From: a virus
Taxonomy: Duplodnaviria > Caudoviricetes
Virus record (IMG/VR): IMGVR_UViG_3300032038_000021
Coordinates: 32,001 to 96,000 of that record
Reading direction: 5' to 3' (one strand)
DNA: 64,000 bases
In this document: piece by piece, positions 1 through 10,524 of the stretch
How the letters are laid out: each line of letters opens with the position of its first letter
How positions within the stretch are numbered: the stretch's first letter is position 1
Program-made: the position numbers and the translations under genes
Notes under the pieces: generated by a model
Databases searched by the model: none
Told to the model about the DNA's origin: nothing
What the model saw: only the letters and a program-made list of their open reading frames with translations

Positions 1-426
1 GAAACAAGGAATGATCCCATACTTAAACAGTATTTAGATTTTTATCTTCATAAACTTGTAATTCCGGATTTCGATGAATATTTCTTCGATGAAGAAGGGG
101 ATTATTTTTCGGCTAATGCTCGTATTGGAATAACTATAAGATTTGTTTCCAATGGATATTACTACTATCCTGAAGTAAACGATGACGAGCATTATATTCT
201 GGTAAGTATTATAGATCAGGATACTTACAAGTCAAAATGTTATAGAATTTCCTTATATGAACCTAAATACGTTTACAATAGCGATGATCTTCCTGAAGAT
301 GATAGAGATCTTGTTATTAAGACTATTATAAAGAATTATAAGGAGGGTTTACAATCTATAAATAATTGTCGGGGTAGACAGGTGCTCGATCCTAACAGAC
401 CGATTCCAGATTATAATCTACTGTAG
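1..426 (+). CDS. 5'-truncated hypothetical protein, paralog of 509-1291 and 14266-14667 ('RPIPDY' family)
   Basis: Frame 1 open from base 1 (ETRNDPILKQYLDFYLHKLVIPDFDEYFFDEEG...YRISLYEPKYVY...DPNRPIPDYNLL*); aligns by eye to the C-terminal half of 509-1291. Confidence 0.85.
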   Translation, partial: ETRNDPILKQYLDFYLHKLVIPDFDEYFFDEEGDYFSANARIGITIRFVSNGYYYYPEVNDDEHYILVSIIDQDTYKSKCYRISLYEPKYVYNSDDLPEDDRDLVIKTIIKNYKEGLQSINNCRGRQVLDPNRPIPDYNLL

Positions 427-508
427 TTTTAAGAGGATGGAGAAAATCCTATTGGAAACATTGCCGATTATAAAGGTAAGACTATAAAAATTTGCTAATG
501 AGGATTTT

Positions 509-1291
509 ATGGTAGATAATTTTTATTCGTATTTCAGTGCGTGTGATCCAAAACATTATATCTGGATTAGCTATGAAGGTCCAAGTAATGCTAAAAGACA
601 TCCTGAGATTACATCTGAAAGATTTAGTATAAAGATTGATCTTGGATTTGGTGGTATTCCACATCCTTATCTTATTACTTATCGTTTATATTTAGATAAA
701 CCAGAATATCATTCCAGCTGGTTAACTCGTATAACGCCGAGTATGAAAGATCATATTATAAACTGTATCAATAATACTTATAAGGAAGCGATAGCAAAGA
801 TTAATAAATCTGTACGTAGAGAGATTATTAATCCTGATAATCCTATTCCTGATTATAATGTATTAGAGACTGAAGAAGATGAAATATTAGATCAGTTTCT
901 TGATTTCTATTTCAACCATCTTACTATAACTGATTTCGATAGTTATTTCTTCGATGAAGAAAATGATTGTTTTATGTATTTTATTCGTCAGGGAGTAACA
1001 TTGTTATACGTTTATAATTGTTCGTATGATTTCCATGAAGTAAATAGTGAACAATTTTATATTAAAATTCGTACTTATGATCGAGAGACGGATAAACGTA
1101 TTAACTATCGTATATCTTTAAATGAACCTAAGTATATCTATAAAAGTGCTAAACTTCCTGTAGATATTAGAGATAGTGTAATAGAAGCTATATTTAATAC
1201 TTACAGTAAAGGGTTGCAGGGATTTAATGAAGATATACATAAACAGGTATTCGATCCTAATAGACCGATTCCTGATTATTGGAAATTGTGA
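509..1291 (+). CDS. Hypothetical protein with two copies of the 'RPIPDY' domain
   Basis: 260-aa ORF; internal repeat ...NPDNPIPDYNVL / ...DPNRPIPDYWKL; hairpin terminator at 1298-1322. Confidence 0.8.
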   Translation: MVDNFYSYFSACDPKHYIWISYEGPSNAKRHPEITSERFSIKIDLGFGGIPHPYLITYRLYLDKPEYHSSWLTRITPSMKDHIINCINNTYKEAIAKINKSVRREIINPDNPIPDYNVLETEEDEILDQFLDFYFNHLTITDFDSYFFDEENDCFMYFIRQGVTLLYVYNCSYDFHEVNSEQFYIKIRTYDRETDKRINYRISLNEPKYIYKSAKLPVDIRDSVIEAIFNTYSKGLQGFNEDIHKQVFDPNRPIPDYWKL

Positions 1292-1330
1292 TTTTGTGAG
1301 GATGGAGATTATTTCCATCCTCTTTATTTT

Positions 1331-1531
1331 TTATAACCACTTTAATCTTCTACACATATCGTCGAATGATTTCTCTTCAGAAGTATTTAATATTCTACTA
1401 CCTGTTCTACTATTTACGATAGCAAATACTCTCTTTCCGTTACTCATATATTCTTCAGCTTTACATCCATGATTAATAATAGCTTGTTGTGCTTGTAAGC
1501 TGCATCCCATTGCTTTAGTTGTTATTTTCAT
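1331..1531 (-). CDS. Small hypothetical protein
   Basis: 66-aa ORF with AAGGAGG RBS upstream. Confidence 0.65.
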   Translation of the reverse strand: MKITTKAMGCSLQAQQAIINHGCKAEEYMSNGKRVFAIVNSRTGSRILNTSEEKSFDDMCRRLKWL

Positions 1532-1590
1532 AATAATACACCTCCTTTATTATATGTCGTATCATTAATACCAGTAAAGGTGCTAACCGT

Positions 1591-1602
1591 AACATTCCTA
1601 TA
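1591..1602 (+). promoter_or_regulatory. Putative phage late promoter AACA-N6-TA
   Basis: AACATTCCTATA upstream of the protease. Same spacing at 4632, 10681, 14734, 29171 (+) and 34763, 17946 (-). Resembles the AR9 non-virion RNAP late consensus. Confidence 0.55.
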
Positions 1603-1644
1603 ATGATACGAATTTTTAATCCTATTGAAAGGAGTTTTATTATT

Positions 1645-2541
1645 ATGATACGTACTGATTATTTTAACGACATGAAAGTCGGATATATTGTGAATGAATC
1701 CTTTATCCCCGGATTTACAGAAACAAATATTATCCGTGAAGATAAAGAAGGTAGATTAATTGCTGAGGCTAATCTTCAAACAGCAGATGAATTAAATCGT
1801 AATGGTAGAATTTATCCAGCAGATGAATTATTTCCTCAGTTGGTTTGTCCTAGAACTAGAGAATTATTAGAAGCAGGTTATTTCCGAGGCGAAATGGGTC
1901 ATCCACTTTCGACAGAATTAGTAAGACAACAGACTATAGACGATACTAGAACCTGTGTACAGTTCTTAAAGTTATGGACTGAAGGTAAGGATGTTAAAGG
2001 ATTATATAGAGGAACGAATAATGCTTTTGGTAAAGCTATTAATGAAGATCTTAAAGATGGATGCAAGCCAGCATTTTCGTTAAGAGCTCTTGGAACAATC
2101 GTTAAAGATCCTAGGGGTAATATTGTAAGAAATCTCCGTATTATTACTTATGATTGTGTAATATATCCTTCTCATCCTGGTGCTTATACTCATGGAATTA
2201 TTAATGAATCTGCTAATATAGAAGAGAAAAAGTCTCATCTTCAGTCTGTAGCAGAATCTGCTAATATAGATTACTATAGTGATATTCTTAATAATAATGA
2301 TAAGATTGTAGGATTTAATCATTCTGATGTAGTTAGTTATATCAAGAGTGAATCTGCTAATTTTAAATATATTAAAGAGAATTTTGATTTCATCTACGAT
2401 ACGATTACTATAGATGAATCTTGTAATAGAGTTATATTGGATACTAAAGAAGGTGATAAGATTTATGTAAATCTTGAGAAGTATATTCAGAATGAGATAA
2501 TGAATTATTGTGATCTTCAGGATCAGATTATAAGAAATTAA
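1645..2541 (+). CDS. Prohead (capsid maturation) protease, T4 gp21-like
   Basis: Motifs LQTADELNRNGRIYP, GEMGHP, FSLRALG, YDCVIYPSHPGAY; start placed at ATG 1645 after AAAGGAG. Confidence 0.9.
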   Translation: MIRTDYFNDMKVGYIVNESFIPGFTETNIIREDKEGRLIAEANLQTADELNRNGRIYPADELFPQLVCPRTRELLEAGYFRGEMGHPLSTELVRQQTIDDTRTCVQFLKLWTEGKDVKGLYRGTNNAFGKAINEDLKDGCKPAFSLRALGTIVKDPRGNIVRNLRIITYDCVIYPSHPGAYTHGIINESANIEEKKSHLQSVAESANIDYYSDILNNNDKIVGFNHSDVVSYIKSESANFKYIKENFDFIYDTITIDESCNRVILDTKEGDKIYVNLEKYIQNEIMNYCDLQDQIIRN

Positions 2542-2566
2542 TTATTATATTAGGAGGTGATCTATA

Positions 2567-3361
2567 ATGGCGCTTGCTAATAATTATACTGATCTATTGA
2601 ATAAGATAGAAAGACGTTTAGGATTAATACCACTAGCACCACACTTACCAGAAGAATTAGGAAAGAAAGCTTGGGCTAAAGTAATTAAAGACGATACTAT
2701 GGTTACGTTCTCCAGATACTTTCCTTTAAAGGTAAGATTTGTGGTAAACGACGAAACTTGTCATAAGGTTAAAAGTGTTAATGGTACTACTGAATATATT
2801 ATAAAAGATGAATATCTTGGTGGTGCTAAACTATTAGGAGTAAGAGATATAGATTGGCAAGACTGTTCTGCTGATAACTTATCTGTAGGACAAACTGCTG
2901 GTTATGGATATTATATCCCTAATTATGGTGGAATGGAATCTACCTTTGAAGCATTCTTAGCACAACAGATGTCTGCTGATATAGCTTCATTATATAATAA
3001 CCAAATCTATATAGATTTTGAATATCCTAATAAGTTAAAGATAATGAGAGCTGGTAATGTAGATGTAAATCTTGCCAGTTTTGTAGTAGACTTATTAGTA
3101 GAGCATTCTAATTTACAGACTATATCTCCTACAAAGATGGAAACATTTGAGAGTCTTGCTCAATCAGATGTAGCAAGATTCTTATATATGAATCTTAGAT
3201 ATTATGATAATTTAGATACAATCTATATTAATATAGATCTTAAATTATCAGAATTAGAACAAGAAGGAAATAAGAGGGAACAGATTATCGATGATATTAA
3301 GAATGCTTATACATTAGCAGCATCAGATACAACTCCTCTTATTTGGTCAGTACCTGGATAA
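2567..3361 (+). CDS. Putative virion structural (head-completion/neck-like) protein
   Basis: 264-aa ORF with strong RBS, directly after the protease; function inferred from context only. Confidence 0.45.
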   Translation: MALANNYTDLLNKIERRLGLIPLAPHLPEELGKKAWAKVIKDDTMVTFSRYFPLKVRFVVNDETCHKVKSVNGTTEYIIKDEYLGGAKLLGVRDIDWQDCSADNLSVGQTAGYGYYIPNYGGMESTFEAFLAQQMSADIASLYNNQIYIDFEYPNKLKIMRAGNVDVNLASFVVDLLVEHSNLQTISPTKMETFESLAQSDVARFLYMNLRYYDNLDTIYINIDLKLSELEQEGNKREQIIDDIKNAYTLAASDTTPLIWSVPG

Positions 3362-3368
3362 AAATAAA

Positions 3369-3394
3369 AAGAGTAGGGAATATTCCCTACTCTT
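3369..3394. terminator. Bidirectional intrinsic terminator hairpin
   Basis: AAGAGTAGGGAA-TA-TTCCCTACTCTT between convergent genes. Confidence 0.75.
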
Positions 3395-3569
3395 TATTCT
3401 TCTATGTTTAATATTTTCTTTATTTCTGCTTCTGATAAATCTGCTATTTTTATTAATTCTATAAAATCATCTGTCTTTACTAATTGACGTTTACCAGTTT
3501 GATTATTTACTAATATTAAATGATTTTTCCAGAATTTCTTTTTCTGTCTTCTATTCATATAATATTCTC

Positions 3570-3896
3570 CTATTTTTGGTATATATAGTTTTTTCCTTTA
3601 ACTCTTTTAATTCCATTATCAGCAATCTCATTGCATTTTCTTACCATATATTCTGGAGTTATATAATCATATATAGACCAATTCTCTATAACCTGTTTGT
3701 ATATAGATAGTTCTTTTTCGTATTTCTTTTTACAATATTTTTTAGACTGTTCTTCTCTATCAGATAACATTTCTTTTTTATAAGTCTTTCTAGCTTTTAT
3801 ATAATCTTCAGAAGCTACTTTAATTACACCAGCTATTAAATTATCGTAACAGTCACTATAATTATTACTAGAATAACTTTTTTCAAAATAATTCAT
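3570..3896 (-). CDS. Hypothetical protein
   Basis: 108-aa ORF with AGGTGGTGA RBS-like sequence upstream. Confidence 0.65.
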   Translation of the reverse strand: MNYFEKSYSSNNYSDCYDNLIAGVIKVASEDYIKARKTYKKEMLSDREEQSKKYCKKKYEKELSIYKQVIENWSIYDYITPEYMVRKCNEIADNGIKRVKGKNYIYQK

Positions 3897-4006
3897 TGGT
3901 ATACTCTCACCACCTTTAACAATGAATTATTCCAATGTGGTTTTGTAATAAATTATTACATATATAACTATAATTTAAAAATGATACTAGCTACGACTAG
4001 TTATAT

Positions 4007-4090
4007 GCTGCTGTGATGGAACTGGCATACATAAGGGACTTAAAATCCCTCGGTAGAAATACCATGTGGGTTCGAATCCCACCAGCAGCA
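4007..4090 (+). tRNA. tRNA-Leu (anticodon TAA)
   Basis: Acceptor stem GCTGCTG/CAGCAGC, anticodon arm AGGGA-CTTAAAA-TCCCT, long variable arm, T-loop GGGTTCGAATCCC; no encoded CCA. Confidence 0.95.
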
Positions 4091-4156
4091 CTTGACCTTG
4101 CGATCAATCCACTTCGACTTATCCCAGTAGGTAATATTACCTACTGGGATTTGTTT

Positions 4157-4585
4157 TTATTTATTATTAAATACAAATGTAATTATAACTATTATTTGTA
4201 CCATATGAAATATTTGATCGGCTATCAAATTTATATCATTTGTATTTGCTTTTAAACTATCAATTAGGAAATGAAAACATGTATGAATAATTATTGATAC
4301 TAATATCGTTATTGGATTTATTGTATAAAATATCATAATTGGTAAATGAACAATGAAACTCCACATAAAACAATGCTCTAACATTGGCATCAGCCAATCT
4401 TTTTTACTTATCTTAAAACCATCTTGTCGTTTTGATTCTTGCTCTTTTAAATCTTTCCAGAATCTTACAGTTTTCATTTGACCCAATATACCTTGTAGAT
4501 TATAATCTGCTACTATATGAAAAAATAGCATAGTTATATAGAGAGTAAAATAGTTATAGGTTACAAATTCTTGAATTCCTTTCAT
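4157..4585 (-). CDS. DUF3307-family membrane protein
   Basis: Motifs HIVADYNLQ, HFLIDSLK, ADQIFH with hydrophobic helices. Confidence 0.75.
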   Translation of the reverse strand: MKGIQEFVTYNYFTLYITMLFFHIVADYNLQGILGQMKTVRFWKDLKEQESKRQDGFKISKKDWLMPMLEHCFMWSFIVHLPIMIFYTINPITILVSIIIHTCFHFLIDSLKANTNDINLIADQIFHMVQIIVIITFVFNNK

Positions 4586-4673
4586 AATAAATTCTCCTTA
4601 AAATAAAAATTTGCACAATGGTACCAAGTTTAACACTTCTATAATGATTACCTTATTTAATGGAGGAACGGCT

Positions 4674-7355
4674 ATGTCTAATATCGTAGATGGATTTGAT
4701 ATCAGAAAAAGAAAATTAATGAAGATGAATGAATCTACGGATTATGATATTCGTAGTAGTAAATATTGTGCTACTTTAAGTAATAGTATGAGAGAGGATC
4801 CTACTTATAATAATATATCTAAGTTTGTGGAAGAATGCTCTAATAATAAAGAAAATAGTAATGTTTATATACGTGAATGTATAGAAGCTGTTAATGAATA
4901 CGGGGATAAATATCCCCAGATTATTAATATTGTTTGTGATAGAGTAATTCCCAATTTAGATGATTTTACGATAAATGATATTAGAGAAGATTCTGATATG
5001 ATGCAGAATGAGAGTATTAGAAATAGTATTAATAGAATATATGAAATGAATACTGTAACTGATAGAATTCTTTCTAATCATGATAAGATTAATGAAGTTT
5101 ATGATGTAGAATCTTTAGTAGAAGATAGAATAGAAGAGGAAATATTAGTTACTAAAGTAGCTTCTATTATAAATGAATTTGATATGCCTACAGTTGGAAA
5201 ATTCTCTGCTACATTAGAAGAATTATCTTATATCGATCCTACTATAGATAAAGAAATTCTTGTAGATGAAGCTTATGATTATTTCTGTTTAGCTTGTGAT
5301 ACTGATAAAGAAATTAGAGAAGGTATGAAGAATGTTGTAAAGAATTCTCCGGTAATTCCTGATAGTATTAGAATTAATGAGAATTCTAAATATGATATTT
5401 ATGCCAATTATATCTATAGAGATAATCACAATATTCAATCTCTTGTAGAATTAAAGGATAAATTATTATCTTCTTCTAGTGAGCATATTAAGAATAAATT
5501 TAATTCTTTCTTAGAATTACTTACTAAGATTGTAACTAGTTCTTCTGATAAAGAATTGGTAAAATATATCTACGAGACTTTAATACCTGGATTAAAAGAT
5601 GAGATTATTAATAGATTATCTGGAGATCCAGATGGTTTAACTATTATGACAGCAATCAGATATTCTATCCAAAATAATATAGAGTTGTGTAATGATAAAT
5701 ATAATGTGTTGTATGATAATAATGGTACTGATATTTATCAATATATCAATGCTTTAAAGGCATTGGAGGAGTATATAGATAATACTAGAGATGTATTCTA
5801 CCCGTCATATAATGTAGAATGTATGACATATTCTTTAAATGAAACCAATGCTACAATATCATTACAGGAATTTAAATTATTTAAGTTTGATAATCTGATT
5901 ACTAGATTATGGAAAGCTGATAAATTTCTTCAGAAGAAATTTGATCAATTTAAGAATAGGGTTAAATCTAAAGTATATAAAGTAAGATCTAAGATATTTG
6001 AAAATTCTGATATTTATGAATTTTTAGATATTAATGGAAATATAGATTATTGTATTTCTAGTTTTGCTTATTCTCCAGATGCTGATATAATGGATTTACA
6101 CGAATATTGTACTAATTGTATCAGAGATATTAATAATGATATTTTCAATAATAGTGAATATGTGTGCTATTATGAAATTACCGGAGATACAATAGAGTTT
6201 AGAGTAAGATCTAATATGGTTTCTATTAGTCTTACAGAATCCGAAAGAATGAAACTGGATGAAATGATATCATATGAAGATATGAATAGAATTAGTGACG
6301 TATTATACGTTACAGATCTATTAAAAGAAAATTTTAATTTCGTAGATGAATCGGTTGGATTTTTCTCTAAGAAATCTAATTATGATAAATTTGGTACTTA
6401 TCTTGAATTATGCTCTACTGCTGGTATAGATAGAGAGATTATAGATCAAGTATACGAGAATACTCTTATCCGTTGTAGCGATCCTACTACGTTTATTATT
6501 AAGAATTCTTATTTATATGATTCTTATCATACTTCAGATGATAATATGGTGGATGTATCTTTAGAAGCTATTATCGGAATTCAAACTCTCTTTGAAGATG
6601 GAAATAATCTTACTGCTGCTGAGAAGAGGAGAGAGACTATTAGAAAGAAGAGAGAAGAACAACTCAGAAAGTGGGAAGAGGAAGAAGAAGACGAGGATGA
6701 AGATGAGGAAGATTCTAAAGTAAATAAAGATAAAGAAAAGAATAAGGATTTAAATAATAAGCTTACTGGTAATAAGAAACCGGAAGAGAATAAAAAAGAA
6801 GATAAGAAGCCTGTTAAACCTGATACTAAAGGTATGAGTCTTTTTAACAAAGTTAAATTATATTCTAAAGGATTATTACAATATGCTAGAACTGCTGGTA
6901 ATAAGATACGTGGTAAAGTTATGGATATGACCTCTTCTAGTGATAGATTAGGAGATGCTATAAAACGTGCTCTTATATCTGATAATAAGGAAGCTATTAT
7001 TAAAGGATCGGTAATACCTTCTTTCCATAAATGTATTATGATCTTTATTGGATTAGCAGGTCTTTGGGCTTTTAATCCGCCTTTAGCTATTGTAACTGCT
7101 ATTGGTGGATTTGCTGTAAGTAAGAATCTTACTAAGAAAGAAAGAGCTCTTATGTACGATGATGTAATGATAGAACTTAAGATAGTAGATAAAGAATTAC
7201 AGATGGCTGAAGATAAGAATCAAATTAAGAAGATGAGAGAATTAATGAGATTAAAGAAAGAATTAGAAAGAACTGCTGCTAGAATTCTTGTGGGTAGTAG
7301 TTTTAAGAAAGATTTAATTCCTGGCGGTTATTCTATAAATAGAGATAATGATTAA
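4674..7355 (+). CDS. Large acidic, probably head-associated virion protein
   Basis: About 890 aa, GGAGG RBS before ATG 4674, late-promoter motif at 4632, poly-Glu/Asp tract, lies in the head module. Confidence 0.55.
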   Translation: MSNIVDGFDIRKRKLMKMNESTDYDIRSSKYCATLSNSMREDPTYNNISKFVEECSNNKENSNVYIRECIEAVNEYGDKYPQIINIVCDRVIPNLDDFTINDIREDSDMMQNESIRNSINRIYEMNTVTDRILSNHDKINEVYDVESLVEDRIEEEILVTKVASIINEFDMPTVGKFSATLEELSYIDPTIDKEILVDEAYDYFCLACDTDKEIREGMKNVVKNSPVIPDSIRINENSKYDIYANYIYRDNHNIQSLVELKDKLLSSSSEHIKNKFNSFLELLTKIVTSSSDKELVKYIYETLIPGLKDEIINRLSGDPDGLTIMTAIRYSIQNNIELCNDKYNVLYDNNGTDIYQYINALKALEEYIDNTRDVFYPSYNVECMTYSLNETNATISLQEFKLFKFDNLITRLWKADKFLQKKFDQFKNRVKSKVYKVRSKIFENSDIYEFLDINGNIDYCISSFAYSPDADIMDLHEYCTNCIRDINNDIFNNSEYVCYYEITGDTIEFRVRSNMVSISLTESERMKLDEMISYEDMNRISDVLYVTDLLKENFNFVDESVGFFSKKSNYDKFGTYLELCSTAGIDREIIDQVYENTLIRCSDPTTFIIKNSYLYDSYHTSDDNMVDVSLEAIIGIQTLFEDGNNLTAAEKRRETIRKKREEQLRKWEEEEEDEDEDEEDSKVNKDKEKNKDLNNKLTGNKKPEENKKEDKKPVKPDTKGMSLFNKVKLYSKGLLQYARTAGNKIRGKVMDMTSSSDRLGDAIKRALISDNKEAIIKGSVIPSFHKCIMIFIGLAGLWAFNPPLAIVTAIGGFAVSKNLTKKERALMYDDVMIELKIVDKELQMAEDKNQIKKMRELMRLKKELERTAARILVGSSFKKDLIPGGYSINRDND

Positions 7356-7370
7356 GGAGGATTTGTATAA

Positions 7371-8102
7371 ATGTTTGAGTTTGGTTCTCCGTTTGAAAAG
7401 TATAATAAATCTATATTCTTAGAAGCAGAGGATGACAACAATCAGCAACAAGATAATGATAATGCTAATGATCAACCCGATGCTCCTGCAAATGATGCTG
7501 ATACTGGGGATGATAATACAGAACCTACTGATAGTGATTTTGATATAGATACAACTGACGATACCCCTACCGATGATGGTATGAATACTGGTGGTGGAGA
7601 TGATAATACAGATAATAACAGTAATAACGATAGCTCTAATAGCTCTGGTGATTCTGAAGCTGCTGTAGATACTGCGGCTAAGAAAAGAGATAGAGAAATA
7701 TTTGATTCTCTTTCAGCAGAAGAACAGAAATTAAAGACAGTTAAATTAAAAGAACTGTTTATGAAGTTATACTCTCGTTGTGGTCAAATTATAGAGAAAT
7801 ACGATTCTCTTGGTGTAAGATATGAAGATCTTACTGAACCGATAAAGAATTCTGTAAATGCTTTATATGGTTTAAAAGATACCATATCTTCATATTTATT
7901 ATATCTATTTGATTCTAAAACTTATTTAGAGAATGATATTATGTTTAATAGATTCTTAGTAGCTATGAATCAGATTAAGTTAATTACTAAAGATATGAGA
8001 GATAGTCATAAGGAAGAGATAGAAGCTGTTAAGAGTAATACACCTCTTAATGATAAAGATATCGAAAAAGAAAAGAGTACACCAAATACAAATAATAACT
8101 AA
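7371..8102 (+). CDS. Acidic Asp/Asn-rich hypothetical (possible inner-head/scaffold) protein
   Basis: 243 aa, AAGGAGG RBS, low-complexity acidic N-terminal half. Confidence 0.55.
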   Translation: MFEFGSPFEKYNKSIFLEAEDDNNQQQDNDNANDQPDAPANDADTGDDNTEPTDSDFDIDTTDDTPTDDGMNTGGGDDNTDNNSNNDSSNSSGDSEAAVDTAAKKRDREIFDSLSAEEQKLKTVKLKELFMKLYSRCGQIIEKYDSLGVRYEDLTEPIKNSVNALYGLKDTISSYLLYLFDSKTYLENDIMFNRFLVAMNQIKLITKDMRDSHKEEIEAVKSNTPLNDKDIEKEKSTPNTNNN

Positions 8103-8142
8103 AAAGAAAGCTCGGTAGGATAAAACCTACCGAGCAATATTT

Positions 8143-8361
8143 TCAATCATGCCAGACTTCTAACCCTGCTTTGTCAAGCAGAAACAGAACAAGCCAATAT
8201 CCTAACCCGAAGATAGCAAAGAACGAACCCTTCAGGATTCGATTCTTTCTCTTTGTTTCTACAGTATCTTCATCTGACTCCAGACTATCTGCGATAGTAG
8301 TACCAATGATTCCTCCAAGAACTACCAACAGCCAATCCCATGCATGTTTCTTCATTTTCAT
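8143..8361 (-). CDS. Small two-helix membrane protein
   Basis: 72 aa, two hydrophobic segments, AGGAGG RBS. Confidence 0.7.
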   Translation of the reverse strand: MKMKKHAWDWLLVVLGGIIGTTIADSLESDEDTVETKRKNRILKGSFFAIFGLGYWLVLFLLDKAGLEVWHD

Positions 8362-8465
8362 TTCCTCCTGTATGAATTTATTATATTGATTACATTTTTA
8401 TAATATAAGAGTATAGAGATTATCTAGTAAACAAATACATTAAATAGGAAACAAATATATCTCGA

Positions 8466-8636
8466 TTATTTAAAGTATTGCTTGGATTTTAAATAATCTA
8501 AAATAAACTTCTGCATTACAGAAGCTTCATGCCTACTGGGTAAATTAGTTATACTAATCAATCCAGCATCAATCATATTCTGTATCTTTATCCTGGCTTG
8601 GTCGGACAAACCAGGATATGAATACGAAGTTTGCAT
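8466..8636 (-). CDS. Small protein (56 aa) flanked by a 17-bp inverted repeat
   Basis: Not in ORF track; AGGAGG RBS, MQTSYSYPGLSDQARIKIQNMIDAGLISITNLPSRHEASVMQKFILDYLKSKQYFK*. Confidence 0.65.
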   Translation of the reverse strand: MQTSYSYPGLSDQARIKIQNMIDAGLISITNLPSRHEASVMQKFILDYLKSKQYFK

Positions 8637-8761
8637 AATATTTACCTCCTATAAAAGTATTTCTCTATACTCTTATATCAGAGATATAATATATTATTAT
8701 ATTTAGCAACTTTTACGAAAAAAGAAATATCCCGGTAGGTATTATTACCTACCGGGTGATT

Positions 8762-9172
8762 TTATTCAAATCTGATCATATCTTCTTTCTTCCATCCTGT
8801 AACTGTATATTTGACTGTATGATCTATAGGGTCTATGATTTTCAGATTCATAGTAGCTTTACTGATCGGAGGAAAACCAATTCTATCAAACATCTTAAGA
8901 AGTTTCTCGTTTTTCTTCCCGTCATAAGTCTTAAACTCAGTATTATGATATACAAAGGTATTGACAATAGCTTCATCTATTGGTTTTCCTTGACTCAGCA
9001 ACACGTTTATGCTTTTAATATCCATAACGTGAAATCGAAAATAATTATCTTTCTCTTTATTTTCCCTAAACGATATAATGAAATGATCGTCTTTATACTT
9101 ATTCTGAAATTTATATAACTTAGATAATTGGACCTGTTTCACCATATCCATTAACGTTATCTTATTTTCCAT
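8762..9172 (-). CDS. Hypothetical protein
   Basis: 136-aa ORF, GGAGG RBS; weak similarity to 9181-9480 (RIGF motif). Confidence 0.7.
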   Translation of the reverse strand: MENKITLMDMVKQVQLSKLYKFQNKYKDDHFIISFRENKEKDNYFRFHVMDIKSINVLLSQGKPIDEAIVNTFVYHNTEFKTYDGKKNEKLLKMFDRIGFPPISKATMNLKIIDPIDHTVKYTVTGWKKEDMIRFE

Positions 9173-9180
9173 TACTCCTC

Positions 9181-9480
9181 CTATATCTTTAATTCTAAAA
9201 ACCCTATCCTTGATAAAAATTCACCAAGAGATTCATCTGGATAGCTTACAACAAAAGCTTGTTGAATACCTTGTTTTATAGCTTTTTTGATCATGTAATT
9301 TAAATAGATAGTATTGATCGTAATATTGGTATCTTTCGGCAATTTAAATATTTTAGCATTAATTTTGCTAGTTAAAATCCAATTACAATTTTCCGTCCGA
9401 TAAAGAAGAAAATCAGTAGTATCAAATATAGGTCTTATATTAATATTGATTTTTGGTTTATTAAAGAAGCGGGTAGACAT
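9181..9480 (-). CDS. Hypothetical protein
   Basis: 99-aa ORF with RBS. Confidence 0.65.
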   Translation of the reverse strand: MSTRFFNKPKININIRPIFDTTDFLLYRTENCNWILTSKINAKIFKLPKDTNITINTIYLNYMIKKAIKQGIQQAFVVSYPDESLGEFLSRIGFLELKI

Positions 9481-9539
9481 CGTGCACTTCTCCTTCCATA
9501 TTATTAGCCCTTTTCATTATCTAATAATTTTATCTTAGT

Positions 9540-9863
9540 TTATTTTCCAATCACTATTCCTACTTTCATTGAAAAATTATTATTCATCTCTTCATAATTC
9601 TTTAAGTTATATTTTTTATCGTGCTTATCTTCTAAAATAGCAGATCCAAATACTACTTGAAATTTTGCTATCAAATCTTTCTGTTCTTCTGTAAGATTAG
9701 AATAGAAATCGGATAGATAATCACGACACGCAAATCTTTCTCCGTTAATACTCCTTATATTTAAATCCGAATACTCTTTTCTAGTAACCTCAGTATTAAA
9801 TATTGATCCCATTTCATTACATGTATCATAATATCTTTTAAATGACTTCATTAAATCTTTCAT
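9540..9863 (-). CDS. Hypothetical protein, tandem paralog 3 of 3
   Basis: Shares LSDFYSxLTEEQK and YNLKNY motifs with neighbours. Confidence 0.8.
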   Translation of the reverse strand: MKDLMKSFKRYYDTCNEMGSIFNTEVTRKEYSDLNIRSINGERFACRDYLSDFYSNLTEEQKDLIAKFQVVFGSAILEDKHDKKYNLKNYEEMNNNFSMKVGIVIGK

Positions 9864-10171
9864 ATTTTATTTTTTATTACTCCTTTCATTGAAAAAGTCT
9901 TATTCAGCATAACATAATTCTTTAAGTTATACTCTTTGTCTTTTTTATCTTCTGCAAGAACAGATCCAAATAATACACGAAACTCTGCTATTAATTTTTT
10001 CTGTTCCTCTGTAAGTTGAGAATACCAATCAGATAGATAATTACGACATAAAAATCTTTCTCCTTTAATACTCTTTATATTTAAATCTTTATATTTCGCA
10101 TCATTCAATAAGCAATCAATTTCATTACGTGTATCACGAAATCTTTCAAATGACTTCATTAAATCTTCCAT
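9860..10171 (-). CDS. Hypothetical protein, tandem paralog 2 of 3
   Basis: Same motifs; overlaps both neighbours. Confidence 0.8.
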   Translation of the reverse strand: MEDLMKSFERFRDTRNEIDCLLNDAKYKDLNIKSIKGERFLCRNYLSDWYSQLTEEQKKLIAEFRVLFGSVLAEDKKDKEYNLKNYVMLNKTFSMKGVIKNKI

Positions 10172-10524
10172 TTTACTCCTCCTTTTATTGAAAATTTATT
10201 ATTCAACTCTTCATAGTTCTTTAAATTGTACTCTTTATCTTGATTATCTTCTGTAATAGCAGATCCTAATAACACATGAAACTTTGCTATAAATTTCTTC
10301 TGTTCTTCTGTAAGCTGAGAATAAAAATCTGATAAACATTTGCGGTATATAAATCCATCTCCATTAATACCCATTTCATTCAGATCGTCATACTCTTTTT
10401 TATTATATTCATTATTAAAAAAGTAAGTTATTTCATTATTTGTAGCATCATATCTTTTAAGCTCTTCCATTGCTATTTTATATTTTCTTACTCCTTCAAG
10501 TTCAGAAATACCAATAGTTACCAT
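10159..10524 (-). CDS. Hypothetical protein, tandem paralog 1 of 3
   Basis: Same motifs; AAAGGAG RBS; AATAATATACTATA early-promoter-like motif upstream. Confidence 0.8.
   Translation of the reverse strand: MVTIGISELEGVRKYKIAMEELKRYDATNNEITYFFNNEYNKKEYDDLNEMGINGDGFIYRKCLSDFYSQLTEEQKKFIAKFHVLLGSAITEDNQDKEYNLKNYEELNNKFSIKGGVKWKI

Noticed and set aside
4013-4255. 80-aa ORF on the + strand
   Set aside because: Overlaps the tRNA-Leu, a hairpin and the DUF3307 gene; spurious.
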